Source: an uncultured delta proteobacterium
GTDB taxonomy: Bacteria > Desulfobacterota > Syntrophia > Syntrophales > Smithellaceae
DNA: 64,000 nucleotides
Assembly (NCBI GenBank): GCA_963753975.1
Contig: CAVWEH010000005.1
Span: 512,001-576,000 of the forward strand
Direction of reading: 5' to 3'
In this document: positions 19,181 to 29,594 of the stretch, piece by piece
How positions within the stretch are numbered: position 1 is the stretch's first letter
Layout of the letters: each line of letters begins with the position of its first letter
The notes under the pieces: generated by a model
The model's input: the letters and a program-made list of their open reading frames with translations, nothing else
What the model was told of the DNA's origin: nothing
Database searches by the model: none
Translations under genes and position numbers: made by a program

Positions 19181-20626
19181 ATGACAGATAAAAGACATTT
19201 TTATATCCTTCTTGCCACCACTTTAAGTTCGTTTCTGACACCGTTTATGGGATCGGCCGTAAATGTCGCCCTACCCAATATGGCTAAAGACTTATCTATG
19301 ACGGCTCTTTCCTTGAGTTGGGTAGCTACATCTTTCCTCCTGGCTGCGGCGATCACGCTTGTTCCTTTGGGACGATTAGCTGATATTTATGGTCGCAAAA
19401 GAATTTTTCTTTACGGCGCTATAATTTTCACGCTTGCTTCCTTCCTTTGTATATGGTCTCCGACTCAGTCTTTTTTGATTTTTGCCCGCGTTATTCAAGG
19501 CATTGGCGGCGCGATGATTTTCGGCACTGGTACAGCAATGCTGATTTCCGCATACCCTATCGGAGAAAGAGGCAAAATATTAGGAATCAATCTCGCTGGA
19601 GTTTATACCGGGCTGACCATTGGCCCTTTTATCGGCGGCCTCTTGACTGAGCATTTAGGGTGGAGATACATTTTCCTTTTCACGGTCATTTTGGGCATAG
19701 TTATTATTGCCATCGTCGCCGGCCTCATTAAGGAAGAATGGTCGGAAGCCAAAGATGAGCATTTTGATATTACCGGTTCTTTGCTTTACGCGGTTGCTCT
19801 TTTTGCCATCATGTATGGATTTTCTTTACTCCCGGCATGGAGGGCCGGGTTTCTCATAGGGTTAGGTGTATTTTGTCTTTTTTTCTTTATCCGGCAACAA
19901 TTAACAAGGCCTTTCCCTCTGCTCGATATCCGTCTGTTTCTCGATAATAAAGTTTTTGCTTTTTCCAATTTGGCCGCACTCATTAATTACTGCGCGACAT
20001 TCGCGGTGACTTTTTTGCTGAGCCTCTATTTGCAGCATATTAAAATGCTGACACCCTCTCAGACGGGAATCATTCTCGTTGCCGAACCAGTGGTGCAGGC
20101 CTTTTTCTCCCCTTTCGCCGGAAGGCTTTCCGATCGTTTTGAACCGCAGATTATCGCCTCCATCGGTATGGCTTTGAATGTTATCGGCTTGATTCCGCTT
20201 ATTTTTATTCATGCCGATACTGCGACTTCCTATATTATATCTTGTTTAGTCTTGCTGGGAATCGGCTTCGCTCTCTTTTCTTCTCCCAATGTCAACGCCA
20301 CGATGAGTGCTGTCGGCAATAAATTCTTCGGCGTTGCTTCGGCAACACTCGCCACTATGCGGCTTACCGGTCAAATGTTCAGCATGGGCATAACAATGCT
20401 GGTCTTCGCCGTTATTTTAGGAAATAATCCTATTTCACAAGATGGAGGTACGCTTCTTTTAAAAAGTGTTCAGGTCATATTCTTTCTACTGGCTGTCATT
20501 TGTTTCGGCGGAATATTTGCTTCCGCAGCCCGCGGCAAGGTTCATCGATACCGCGGGAGGTCGCGTTATTATAGGGAGCCTCCTGCTCCTTCCGGAGGTG
20601 GCTCCACTGAAAATAAATTTAATTAG
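19181..20626 (+). CDS. MFS transporter (DHA2-like, 14 TM)
   Basis: NVALP, GRLADIYGRKR and GPFIGG. Confidence 0.9.
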   Translation: MTDKRHFYILLATTLSSFLTPFMGSAVNVALPNMAKDLSMTALSLSWVATSFLLAAAITLVPLGRLADIYGRKRIFLYGAIIFTLASFLCIWSPTQSFLIFARVIQGIGGAMIFGTGTAMLISAYPIGERGKILGINLAGVYTGLTIGPFIGGLLTEHLGWRYIFLFTVILGIVIIAIVAGLIKEEWSEAKDEHFDITGSLLYAVALFAIMYGFSLLPAWRAGFLIGLGVFCLFFFIRQQLTRPFPLLDIRLFLDNKVFAFSNLAALINYCATFAVTFLLSLYLQHIKMLTPSQTGIILVAEPVVQAFFSPFAGRLSDRFEPQIIASIGMALNVIGLIPLIFIHADTATSYIISCLVLLGIGFALFSSPNVNATMSAVGNKFFGVASATLATMRLTGQMFSMGITMLVFAVILGNNPISQDGGTLLLKSVQVIFFLLAVICFGGIFASAARGKVHRYRGRSRYYREPPAPSGGGSTENKFN

Positions 20627-21365
20627 TTTTGCTATCGGGTTTTCCGCCGGGATATTCGGCGGTCTTGTCGGTCTGGGCGGTGGATTGATTATGATTCCTT
20701 TGATGGTTGGAGTTTTGAAGTTAACCCAGCACAAGGCTCACGGTACTAGTTTGGTGGCGCTGGTTTTTACGGGAATCGGCGGAGCAATAACCTATGCCTT
20801 AAATGGAGCGATTGATATTAGGGCAGCTGTGCTTTTAACTCTAACAGCAGTATTCACCGCACCATTAGGCGCGCGTTATGCACATGCTCTTGCGGAATGG
20901 AAGTTAAAAAAGACTTTTGGAGCATTTTTGATTTTTTGTTCGGTCCTTTTGCTTTTAAAACCATATTTAATAAATTTCATCAGCCCTCTTCCTGATTTCA
21001 CGAAAATAATCGTATTTTTAATAACCGGTGTTTTTACCGGATTTCTTTCGGGAATGATGGGAGTTGGCGGTGGAACGATAATGGTTCCCGTAATGGTTCT
21101 TTTGACCGGGTTTACCCAGCATATAGCGCAAGGAACATCGCTTTTAGTCATGGTTCCCACTGGTGGTATAGGCGCCTTCACCCATTGGAAGCTGGGGAAT
21201 GTTAAAGCAGAAATTCTTTATGGTCTCGTACCGGGTATCCTTCTCGGCACATATTTAGGAGGGAATCTGGCCAATATAATCTCCGACAATACGTTGCGTC
21301 TGATGTTCGCTGTAATAATAATTTTCCTGGGTTTCCGATATTTTACAACTTCATCTCCAGAGTAA
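20598..21365 (+). CDS. TauE/SafE family sulfite-exporter-like protein (start uncertain)
   Basis: Two repeats, GGLVGLGGG..AHGTSL and SGMMGVGGG..AQGTSL. In-frame GTG at 20598 or CTG at 20607. Confidence 0.85.
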   Translation: MAPLKINLISFAIGFSAGIFGGLVGLGGGLIMIPLMVGVLKLTQHKAHGTSLVALVFTGIGGAITYALNGAIDIRAAVLLTLTAVFTAPLGARYAHALAEWKLKKTFGAFLIFCSVLLLLKPYLINFISPLPDFTKIIVFLITGVFTGFLSGMMGVGGGTIMVPVMVLLTGFTQHIAQGTSLLVMVPTGGIGAFTHWKLGNVKAEILYGLVPGILLGTYLGGNLANIISDNTLRLMFAVIIIFLGFRYFTTSSPE

Positions 21366-21384
21366 AGGATGTAAAGATAAAACC

Positions 21385-21885
21385 ATGATTCGTAAATGTG
21401 ATCAAAAAGATTTTGAAGAAATACTGGAAATCATCACCGATGCAGCACAAGCTTACAAAGGAGTAATTCCGGCTGATCGGTGGCATGAACCATACATGTC
21501 TCGCCGGCAACTGCAAAAGGAAATTCATGCGGGTGTCAGCTTCTGGGCATTGGAAGAAAAAGATAGATTGATCGGCGTGATGGGAATTCAGGATAAAGGG
21601 GAAGTTACCCTTATCCGTCATGCCTACGTTCGATCACATCTGCGAAATCACGGAGCAGGTTCCCGACTTCTGCGGTTTCTCGAATCGATCACAGAAAAGC
21701 CGATTCTGATCGGTACATGGGCAGATGCAATTTGGGCACTGTCTTTTTACCAGAAGAACGGCTACCGGCTCGTTTCAATAGACGAAAAAAACCGTTTGCT
21801 TAAAAAGTATTGGAGCATCCCCGGACGCCAGATCGAAACTTCCGTAGTTCTGGCCGGAACAAAATGGAAAAAACAAAATGTTTAA
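21385..21885 (+). CDS. GNAT family N-acetyltransferase
   Basis: LIRHAYV...RNHGAGSRLL and FYQKNGY. Confidence 0.85.
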   Translation: MIRKCDQKDFEEILEIITDAAQAYKGVIPADRWHEPYMSRRQLQKEIHAGVSFWALEEKDRLIGVMGIQDKGEVTLIRHAYVRSHLRNHGAGSRLLRFLESITEKPILIGTWADAIWALSFYQKNGYRLVSIDEKNRLLKKYWSIPGRQIETSVVLAGTKWKKQNV

Positions 21886-21996
21886 TTTCAATAGATTGAC
21901 TAAGCATTTATTTCCGCCCGAACGATTTTCTATGGCATTCTTTACCCTGAGCCCCCGGAATGCCTGACTCTGCGGTCATAAGCTAAAAGAAAAAAA

Positions 21997-22025
21997 TTGA
22001 CACGCATGTCTCTTCTTCATATACT
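21997..22025 (+). promoter_or_regulatory. Strong sigma70-type promoter
   Basis: TTGACA-17 bp-TATACT with an upstream A-tract. Confidence 0.75.
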
Positions 22026-22108
22026 CCGTCTACTTTAAAAAGTTGGTCTCTTAAAATATCAAAACCGCTACTTAAAAAAGCAATAATTATTAATTCAGGA
22101 GGATAAAC

Positions 22109-23332
22109 ATGTTAAAAACCAGACTAACTCAGCTACTCGGAATCAAGCATCCGATTATTCAGGCCGGCATGGGCCCTTTCAGCAATAACAACCTTTGCGT
22201 GGCGGCGGCCAATGCCGGAGTTTTGGGGCTGCTTTCCACCAGCGGTCTTTTCAATAAACATGACCAGCCCTGGGTTTACAACGCCTTTTGCGATACCGGC
22301 GAGGCAAATCGTGATGACGATATGGCCAAGGTATTGGAAACGGTGCTGAAGCGCACCCACCGTCTTGTCAAAGACAAAGGCGGCGTTTTCGGCCCCAATG
22401 TGATGGTCTCCGCGGAACTCAAAGACAAAGCAAACATCATGATTGAAACCGCCATCAAAGCGCGGGAGCAAAATCCCGAAATGAAAAAAACCCTTAAAGT
22501 TATGTATACCTCCGCCGGTGACCCGATGGGCTGGGGAGACAAAATTAAGGGGGCAGGATTTATTTGGATTCATATCATCCCTTCCGTCCGAGCCGCTATG
22601 CGCTGCAAAAAAGCGGGTGTTGACGTGATTGTCGCCTCCGGCCATGAAGGGGGATTCCATACGCACTGGGAACCGCTGCATTCCATGGTGCTGTTTCCCG
22701 CCGTGGTCGAAGCCGTATCCGATGAAAAAACACTTGTGGTTGGTGGCGGAGGAATCTCCGACGGCAAAACGGTGGCCGCCACTCTGGCTTTAGGCTGCGA
22801 TGGCGTGCTAATGGGAACCCGCTTCCTTGCAACGCAGGAAAGCGATTTTCCTCCGCTCTGGAAGCAATCAGTTGTGGACGCCCAGGACCGTGGCACCCTG
22901 GTAGCCCGTGGTTATGTGGGCCCGGCGCGCTGGTTGAGAAATCCCCGCAGTGAAGAACACGCGGCAAACACTCTGAAAAAGTCGCCCGGAGTGTTCCTCG
23001 GCACACCGGACAGCTATACGACCATGGAAGATACGTCGCTGATTGATTATGAAAACGAGTCCATCAAGGCTGTCTTCGAGGGGGACAAGGCAAAGGCCAT
23101 GATGGCCGCCGGCGAGTGCGCGCAGAGAATTAATGATATGCCCACGGTCAAAGAATTGGTAGACCGGATCGTTAAAGACGCGACCGAGATCGCGAAAAAT
23201 ATGTGCAAAAACGTGCCGGCTGAGAAATCAAAGGGCAAGGTCACTGCCAAAGTCAAGAAGGCGAAACCAAAAAAGGCAAAGGCCAAGAAAACTGCATCCA
23301 AAAAGACGAAGTCGCGATCCAAAAAACGCTAA
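22109..23332 (+). CDS. Nitronate monooxygenase / enoyl-ACP reductase II (FabK) family flavoprotein with a Lys-rich C-terminal tail
   Basis: LLGIKHPIIQAGMG, GHEGGFH, GGGISDG and VLMGTRF. Confidence 0.85.
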   Translation: MLKTRLTQLLGIKHPIIQAGMGPFSNNNLCVAAANAGVLGLLSTSGLFNKHDQPWVYNAFCDTGEANRDDDMAKVLETVLKRTHRLVKDKGGVFGPNVMVSAELKDKANIMIETAIKAREQNPEMKKTLKVMYTSAGDPMGWGDKIKGAGFIWIHIIPSVRAAMRCKKAGVDVIVASGHEGGFHTHWEPLHSMVLFPAVVEAVSDEKTLVVGGGGISDGKTVAATLALGCDGVLMGTRFLATQESDFPPLWKQSVVDAQDRGTLVARGYVGPARWLRNPRSEEHAANTLKKSPGVFLGTPDSYTTMEDTSLIDYENESIKAVFEGDKAKAMMAAGECAQRINDMPTVKELVDRIVKDATEIAKNMCKNVPAEKSKGKVTAKVKKAKPKKAKAKKTASKKTKSRSKKR

Positions 23333-23399
23333 CAAGGCTCTGCCGCCGACGTAGTTGCAAGAAAAGATAGCGATCTTTCCGCAATAAGATCGAGGATAT

Positions 23400-23864
23400 G
23401 TGGCGCAAATTTACCGCTATGAATTGACGGTGCCTCAGGAGGCCCTGGATCAAAATGGTCACGTAAATAATGTCGAGTATTTGCGTTGGATACTCGATGC
23501 AGCAGTGGCTCACTCTGACTTTCAGGGATGCACTCAGGCTACACAGGAGGCCGGTGCTACCTGGGTTGTGCGAGCGCATCGGATCGAGTATTTAATTCCA
23601 GCCTATGCCGGAGAGCATGTCTGTGTTTTGACATGGGTTTCCAATTTTCGCCGGGTGCAATCTCTACGAAAATACAAGGTTATTCGACTTGAAGATAATG
23701 CTCTGCTTGCCGAAGGCGAAACTGACTGGGTTTTCATAAATGCCGCGAGCGGTCAATTGCGTTCCATTCCTAAAAATATAATGGCGACATTTGAATTATT
23801 ACCGGAAGATAAAGAAAAAGAAGTGCTTGCTCAAATTCATAAAGCAAGCAACCGTAGAAAATAA
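23400..23864 (+). CDS. Acyl-CoA thioesterase (4HBT/hotdog fold)
   Basis: LDQNGHVNNVEYLRW and IEYLIPA. Confidence 0.88.
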   Translation: MAQIYRYELTVPQEALDQNGHVNNVEYLRWILDAAVAHSDFQGCTQATQEAGATWVVRAHRIEYLIPAYAGEHVCVLTWVSNFRRVQSLRKYKVIRLEDNALLAEGETDWVFINAASGQLRSIPKNIMATFELLPEDKEKEVLAQIHKASNRRK

Positions 23865-24027
23865 TTATGTAAAAAGTGTTTTTTTTATTTTCACAAATAA
23901 TATATTTAAAAATAAAATAAACTGTTGAATTTGAGGGAAAATCGTCCTATACTGACAGTCATAATTTAAAGGTTTTATCTAAATTTATAAAAGTAAAAAA
24001 TCAAGCCACATTTATTAAGGAGGATTT

Positions 24028-25902
24028 ATGTCGTTAAACTCATTAGTTGACTCAAGAGATGTGAGATTTGTTCTTTTTGAAATGCTGGAACTGGAGAAAT
24101 TGAACCGCTTCGAAGGATTCAAGGAATTTGACAGGAGCATGTATGAAGATACGCTGGAACTGGCCGAAAAAATAGCTATCGATCAATTTTATTCATCCAA
24201 CGCCGACGGCGACAAGACAGGATTGAAATTCGATGCCAAGACTCATGAAGTGAAGGTACCCGAATCGTTCCATAAAGGATTCAAGGCATACGTAGAGGCG
24301 GGGTTCCACAGCCTTGTCTTTTCGCAGGAAGAAGGCGGGATGGGCATGCCTTCCAGCATCTCTATGGCTGCCGCAGAATATTTTAATGCGGGCAATACAT
24401 CGTTGACCATGTATTGCGGCGCGATCACCGGAGCGGTAGCCATCATTGCGCCTTTCGCCTCCGAAGAAGTGAAAAAAATGTACCTTCCCAAATTGATATC
24501 CGGGGAGTGGGGTGGTACGATGTGCCTGACCGAATCGGGTGCAGGTTCGGACGTCGGAGCTCTTAAATCAAAAGCGGTGAAGCAAAAAGACGGCACGTAC
24601 CTCATTACCGGGCAGAAAATATTCATCAGCAACGGCGAACATGATTTAACCCCCAATATTATCCATCCCGTACTGGCTAGAATCGAGGGCGATCCCGAAG
24701 GAACAAAGGGTATTTCTATTTTCCTGGTGTCGAAATATCTCATTAACAAAGATGGATCACTCGGCGCACGAAATGATGTGTATTGTACAGGCGTCGAGCA
24801 TAAAATGGGGCTGAAAGGAAACGCCACATCATCGCTCAGTTTCGGTGATAACGGAAAATGCGTGGGCCATTTGCTGGGAAAAGAACGTGAAGGCATGAAG
24901 ATCATGTTTAGGCTCATGAATGCGGCACGCATTCATACAGGTGTTCAGGCTATGGGACAAGCCAGCGCCGGATACATGCACGCCTGCACTTATGCCCGAA
25001 ACCGCATTCAGAGTAAGCATATCACACAGATGCTTAATGACAAAGCTTCCGGCGTGCCGATCATCGAACATCCCGATGTGAAGAGGATGCTCATGTACAT
25101 GAAGAGTACAGTAGAGGGAATGCGGATGCTCTGTTTATTTCTCGCCTATCATGAAGACATTATGCATTCGTCCAAAGACCCGGCAGAATGCAAAGCAGCT
25201 ACGGGTATCGTCGAAATTCTAACCCCTATCGTTAAGGCCGGTATTTCCGACACCTCCTGGCTGATTACAGCCGAAGCGATGCAGGTTTACGGCGGATATG
25301 GTTACTGCTCGGAATATCCGGTCGAACAGTATGCCCGCGATACCAAGGTATTCTCTATTTATGAAGGAACCAATGCCATTCAGTCTCTTGATCTCCAGAT
25401 GCGTAAGATCCTCATGAATCCGGAGATGTATAATTACTCGCAGCTCAGAAAACGCATGAACGATGCGATTGCGAAGGCCAAGGGAGTGGTGGAAGATAAG
25501 TATATTACCCCGGTTGTTCGCGGACTGGCGAAACTCGACGAAGTCATTGAGATGATGAAAAAGCAGATGGGGGAAGGAAAGTTCATGGCGCTGGTGCTTA
25601 ACGCCACACCGCTGCAGCAGGCGATGTTCCCGCTGATCGTGGCCTGGTTGCATCTCTGGAGCCTGACGGTTACCATCCCCAAAATGAAAAAACTCATTGG
25701 CGAGGCAAAGGGCGAGGAAAGACAAAAAATAATTTCCGGAAATAACGAAGCGGCCTATTACAGCGGCCGGGTGCTGTCTTCCCAGTTCTTTATCGGGGCG
25801 GAATTCCCGAAGTATTTCGGGATGATCGAATGTATTATGAATAATGAGGGCGCCGCGATTAAATCCGTTGCGGAGAACTTTACCGGAATGCCGAAAGAAT
25901 AA
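24028..25902 (+). CDS. Acyl-CoA dehydrogenase (long, ~600 aa class)
   Basis: GTMCLTESGAGSD, GQKIFIS, EHKMG, QVYGGYGY and IYEGTNAIQ. Confidence 0.93.
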   Translation: MSLNSLVDSRDVRFVLFEMLELEKLNRFEGFKEFDRSMYEDTLELAEKIAIDQFYSSNADGDKTGLKFDAKTHEVKVPESFHKGFKAYVEAGFHSLVFSQEEGGMGMPSSISMAAAEYFNAGNTSLTMYCGAITGAVAIIAPFASEEVKKMYLPKLISGEWGGTMCLTESGAGSDVGALKSKAVKQKDGTYLITGQKIFISNGEHDLTPNIIHPVLARIEGDPEGTKGISIFLVSKYLINKDGSLGARNDVYCTGVEHKMGLKGNATSSLSFGDNGKCVGHLLGKEREGMKIMFRLMNAARIHTGVQAMGQASAGYMHACTYARNRIQSKHITQMLNDKASGVPIIEHPDVKRMLMYMKSTVEGMRMLCLFLAYHEDIMHSSKDPAECKAATGIVEILTPIVKAGISDTSWLITAEAMQVYGGYGYCSEYPVEQYARDTKVFSIYEGTNAIQSLDLQMRKILMNPEMYNYSQLRKRMNDAIAKAKGVVEDKYITPVVRGLAKLDEVIEMMKKQMGEGKFMALVLNATPLQQAMFPLIVAWLHLWSLTVTIPKMKKLIGEAKGEERQKIISGNNEAAYYSGRVLSSQFFIGAEFPKYFGMIECIMNNEGAAIKSVAENFTGMPKE

Positions 25903-25922
25903 GCAACATTATCTATCAGCTC

Positions 25923-25965
25923 AAAAGGGGGCTGGCTTGTTTTGAGCCAGCCCCCTTTCTTTTTT
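25923..25965 (+). terminator. Rho-independent terminator
   Basis: aaagggggctggct-loop-agccagccccctttctttttt. Confidence 0.85.
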
Positions 25966-26140
25966 CAAGAATTATTTGTTTATCATATCCAATATGGTCG
26001 TTGGCGGGCGGCTTCTTCTGCTTTACAAATTATGCCAAAAGAGCTACTAAATGGCCAAACCTATATATTAAATAGCGCGCAATATATTTGGCAGTCCTTT
26101 TTACATAAACGAGACAATAATTATTTAGAAAGGATTAGAT

Positions 26141-26566
26141 ATGGATAAAATCTATTATCGCCATCTAAAAAAATATAAGTACCAATCAATGCGTGAATAC
26201 AAATACCAGACTACCATCCATCTGAATCTCGATGTCAAAATCCAGGGTTTCATCTCTTTATCCTCTGCAGGCCTTTTGACCATCGCCAAGGGCTACGCCT
26301 GGGACGGTCCCAGCGGCCCCACAATCGACACAAAAACATTCATGAGAGGAAGTTTGGTGCACGATGCCTTATACCAGCTTATGCGGATGAAACTTCTTCC
26401 GATAACTTTCAAAGATTATGCCGATAGAACATTGCAGCAAATATGCAAAGAAGACGGCATGTGCGGATTCAGAGCCTGGTACATTTACTGGGGTGTAAGA
26501 CTTTTTGCCAGATCCGCCGCCACCAAACCGCAGGAGGGCGATACACAAATTATCGAAGCGCCTTAA
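26141..26566 (+). CDS. Hypothetical protein, DUF1353-like
   Basis: GYAWDGPS...SLVHDALY...AD...L...G......Y.GVR.F pattern. Confidence 0.6.
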   Translation: MDKIYYRHLKKYKYQSMREYKYQTTIHLNLDVKIQGFISLSSAGLLTIAKGYAWDGPSGPTIDTKTFMRGSLVHDALYQLMRMKLLPITFKDYADRTLQQICKEDGMCGFRAWYIYWGVRLFARSAATKPQEGDTQIIEAP

Positions 26567-26608
26567 ACGCTCATGCTAAGGAAACACTCCCTCAATTTAT
26601 ATAATCGA

Positions 26609-27610
26609 TTATTCTCTGATGCGCTTTTTCAGTTCTTTGATTAGTGTATTGAGGACGTCGCTGGCGTCGGCAACGATGGCGACATCGGCCATTTTCATCA
26701 TTGTCGCCTGAGGGTTTTTATTGATCGCGACAATAAAATCGGCTTCGCCCAGGCCTGCCGTATGCTGAATGGCGCCGCTGATACCAAAGGAAAAAAGTAT
26801 CTTCGGTTTGATGTGTTTGCCTGCCTGTCCCACCAGTTGCCCGTGGTCGGCCCAGCCGGCATAAACTACGGGCCTTGTGGCGCCGACACCGCCTTCCAAA
26901 AGCCTGGCCAGTTCATGAAGCCTATTAAAATTATTTTTATTACCCATGCCCCTGCCTCCGCAAACGATGACGGCGGCGCTTTCTATGGAGTGCTCTCTTT
27001 CTGCAGACCGCGCATACTCCACCAGACGAACACGCGGTTCGGGCAGATTATCCGGCAAAGGCAAACGCTCGACCAATGCCTTTCGTTCATAGTTGTGAGG
27101 TATTTCCTTGAAAGTTCCGGGACGCACAGTGGCCATCTGGGGACGATGTCGTTCAGTAATGATTTCCGCCAGCATGTTGCCGCCGAAAGAAGGCGCTATT
27201 TGCAGTAATAATCCTTCATCCGTGATATCCAGTCCCACACAATCCGCGGATAATCCTGTTTTCAGACGCTTGGCCAGTCTTGGTGCAAATTCGCGGCCAA
27301 AATCCGTGGCGCCGATCAGGATAATCTCCGGGTCTCTTTCCTTGGCCAACTTTTCGATGATCGCCAAATATCTTTCCGTGCTGTAACTCTTCAAGAGAGG
27401 ATGATCTATTGCCAGAATTCTATCCGCTCCATGCGCCGTGTATTCCATGATATATTCTTCTATCTCATGACCAAAGACCAAAGCACAAACCTCCGCTTTG
27501 ATTGTGTGGGCAAGATCCATCGCTTTGGAAATCAACTGCAAAGTTACACGGTTTTGATAATAGTTGCGGTAATCGCCGAAAACCCAGATGCTTTTTTTCT
27601 TACTCTTCAT
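26609..27610 (-). CDS. etfA: Electron transfer flavoprotein alpha subunit
   Basis: TGLSADC, PQMATVRPG, GGRG, VGQAGK, GISGAIQH and AINKNP. Confidence 0.93.
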   Translation of the reverse strand: MKSKKKSIWVFGDYRNYYQNRVTLQLISKAMDLAHTIKAEVCALVFGHEIEEYIMEYTAHGADRILAIDHPLLKSYSTERYLAIIEKLAKERDPEIILIGATDFGREFAPRLAKRLKTGLSADCVGLDITDEGLLLQIAPSFGGNMLAEIITERHRPQMATVRPGTFKEIPHNYERKALVERLPLPDNLPEPRVRLVEYARSAEREHSIESAAVIVCGGRGMGNKNNFNRLHELARLLEGGVGATRPVVYAGWADHGQLVGQAGKHIKPKILFSFGISGAIQHTAGLGEADFIVAINKNPQATMMKMADVAIVADASDVLNTLIKELKKRIRE

Positions 27611-28436
27611 TAGTATGTTTATTGTCCTCTATGGATTTACCTATAGCCGTACCGATTTTTCTTTGATATTTATTGAGAAATTCCGTAACTACGGTGGCCG
27701 CCGTTCCTTGCAAAAGCACGTTTTCTTTCTCGGCCTTCCTTAAGAAAACTTTGCGCACCTTGGTGCGGGAACCCTGCTTTTCCATTACTGAAGCGTTTAT
27801 GCCAAGACTTCCGGCATCAAGAATAATAATGCTATTTTCGTTAAACGAATTTTCCAACCCCACAAGCTTCGTGTAGCGTGGTTCGTAATTTTCCATAGAG
27901 ACGGTTACCAGCGCCGGAAACTCCATTTCCAACGTTTCACGGAAATTATCTACCAGCCTGCGGACGCACAACGTCCGGCCGTTAATTTCCAGTTTCTCGA
28001 TATACGCCGCGGCGGGTAAATCCAATTTTTCGGCTAACTGCGGGCCGACCTGTGCCGTCTCACTGTCCGAGGTATAAGCACCGCAAAGAAGAAGATCAAA
28101 TTTCGGACACTCCTTTTTTATTGCTTCAGCCAAAATCCAAGAAGTAGCAAAAGTGTCGGAGCCTGCTAAAAGCCTATCGCAAATAAGGATAGCACGATCC
28201 GCGCCCAAGGCTAGCGCTTCGCGCAGAACTTCCTGCGCAGCCGAAGGCCCCATGGTTATCACAGTAATATTCGCCGAATATTTTTCCTTTATTTGCAATG
28301 CGGCTTCCAAGGCGTGCTTGCAGGCCGGGTTCATCATACCGGCTGCCAGATCGCGCCGCAACGTGCCGGTTTTTTCATCCCACGGCAGTTCCGTCACCAT
28401 AGGAACTTGTTTTAGGCAAACTACCAGATTCAACAT
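27600..28436 (-). CDS. etfB: Electron transfer flavoprotein beta subunit
   Basis: VCLKQVP, MNP, TMGP, AGSDTFATS and DSETAQVGP. Confidence 0.93.
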   Translation of the reverse strand: MLNLVVCLKQVPMVTELPWDEKTGTLRRDLAAGMMNPACKHALEAALQIKEKYSANITVITMGPSAAQEVLREALALGADRAILICDRLLAGSDTFATSWILAEAIKKECPKFDLLLCGAYTSDSETAQVGPQLAEKLDLPAAAYIEKLEINGRTLCVRRLVDNFRETLEMEFPALVTVSMENYEPRYTKLVGLENSFNENSIIILDAGSLGINASVMEKQGSRTKVRKVFLRKAEKENVLLQGTAATVVTEFLNKYQRKIGTAIGKSIEDNKHTNEE

Positions 28437-28442
28437 ATTTCC

Positions 28443-29594
28443 CTATAAGATCATTTGAGACAGCACTGAACGCGCAATGACTATGCGTTGAATTTCACTG
28501 GTGCCTTCATAAATTTCCGTCACCTTAGCGTCACGAAAATATCTTTCCACATCGTATTCTTTGCTGTATCCGTAACCGCCATGAATTTGCACGGCCAGCG
28601 ACGTGATTTTAGACGCAACCTGACTGCAGTAAAGCTTGGCCATGGCCGCTTCACAACCGAAGGGCGAGCCTTCGTCTTTCAGGGAACAAGCACGGTACAA
28701 AAGCAGGCGCGCCGCAGCTTGCTCTGTGGCCATATCGGCAATGTAATTTTGAATTGTTTGCAATGAGGCAATCGGCTTTTTAAATTGCTGCCTTTCTTTC
28801 GCATATTTCACCGCTGCTTCATAGGCTCCCTGCGCAATACCTAACGCTTGAGCCGCCACACCTATGCGGCCGTTATCCAGCGTTGTCAGACCTATTTTCA
28901 TTCCGTCGCCCAGTTTTCCCAGAAGATTCTTTTCCGGCACGCGGCAATCTTCCAAAAATAGTGAGGAAACGGGATTGGCGCGCATGCCGCAAAGATCTTC
29001 CAACTCACCGCGCAAAAAACCGGGAAAGCCGCTCTCCACAATAAACACACTGCTTTGCAGACGTGTTTGATCGGCATTGGTAAGAGCAAAAATTAAGGAT
29101 AGATCGCAAATTCCGCCGTTGGTGACAAATATTTTCGTTCCGTTTAAGATATATTCATGGCCGTTTTTTACCGCTGTCATTTCCACACTTCCCGCGTCGG
29201 AACCGGCGTTGGCTTCAGTCAAACCGAAAGCGCCAATAATTTCACCGCTGGCCAGTTTGGGCAGATAAATATTTTTCTGTTCCGGCGACGCGAATTGGAG
29301 AAACGGATAGATGGCCACGCCGTTGTGCACCGTAACGCATACGCCTACCGCGGCACAAACGCGGGAGATTTCCTCCACAACTATAGCCGCACTTATGGAA
29401 TCCAGTGCCGCTCCACCGAATTCCTTGGGCACTTGCAGGCCGAAATAATTAAGCGCTTTCATTTTTTCAATAACGTCGTGCGGAAATGTGGCATTGCGGT
29501 CTATTTCCGCAGCAATAGGGGCAAGTTCGGTTTCCGCAAAATGCCTCACAGAATTGCGGATAAGTCTATGTTTCATGCAAGGATTGAATTGCAA
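28443..29594 (-). CDS. Short-chain (butyryl-CoA-type) acyl-CoA dehydrogenase
   Basis: FGLTEANAGSD, LNGTKIFVTNG, QIHGGYGY and IYEGTSEIQR. Start placed at TTG 29594 after AGGAG. Confidence 0.9.
   Translation of the reverse strand: MQFNPCMKHRLIRNSVRHFAETELAPIAAEIDRNATFPHDVIEKMKALNYFGLQVPKEFGGAALDSISAAIVVEEISRVCAAVGVCVTVHNGVAIYPFLQFASPEQKNIYLPKLASGEIIGAFGLTEANAGSDAGSVEMTAVKNGHEYILNGTKIFVTNGGICDLSLIFALTNADQTRLQSSVFIVESGFPGFLRGELEDLCGMRANPVSSLFLEDCRVPEKNLLGKLGDGMKIGLTTLDNGRIGVAAQALGIAQGAYEAAVKYAKERQQFKKPIASLQTIQNYIADMATEQAAARLLLYRACSLKDEGSPFGCEAAMAKLYCSQVASKITSLAVQIHGGYGYSKEYDVERYFRDAKVTEIYEGTSEIQRIVIARSVLSQMIL

Noticed and set aside
26141..26566. Prophage remnant around the DUF1353-like gene
   Set aside because: Single gene with no other phage genes or att sites
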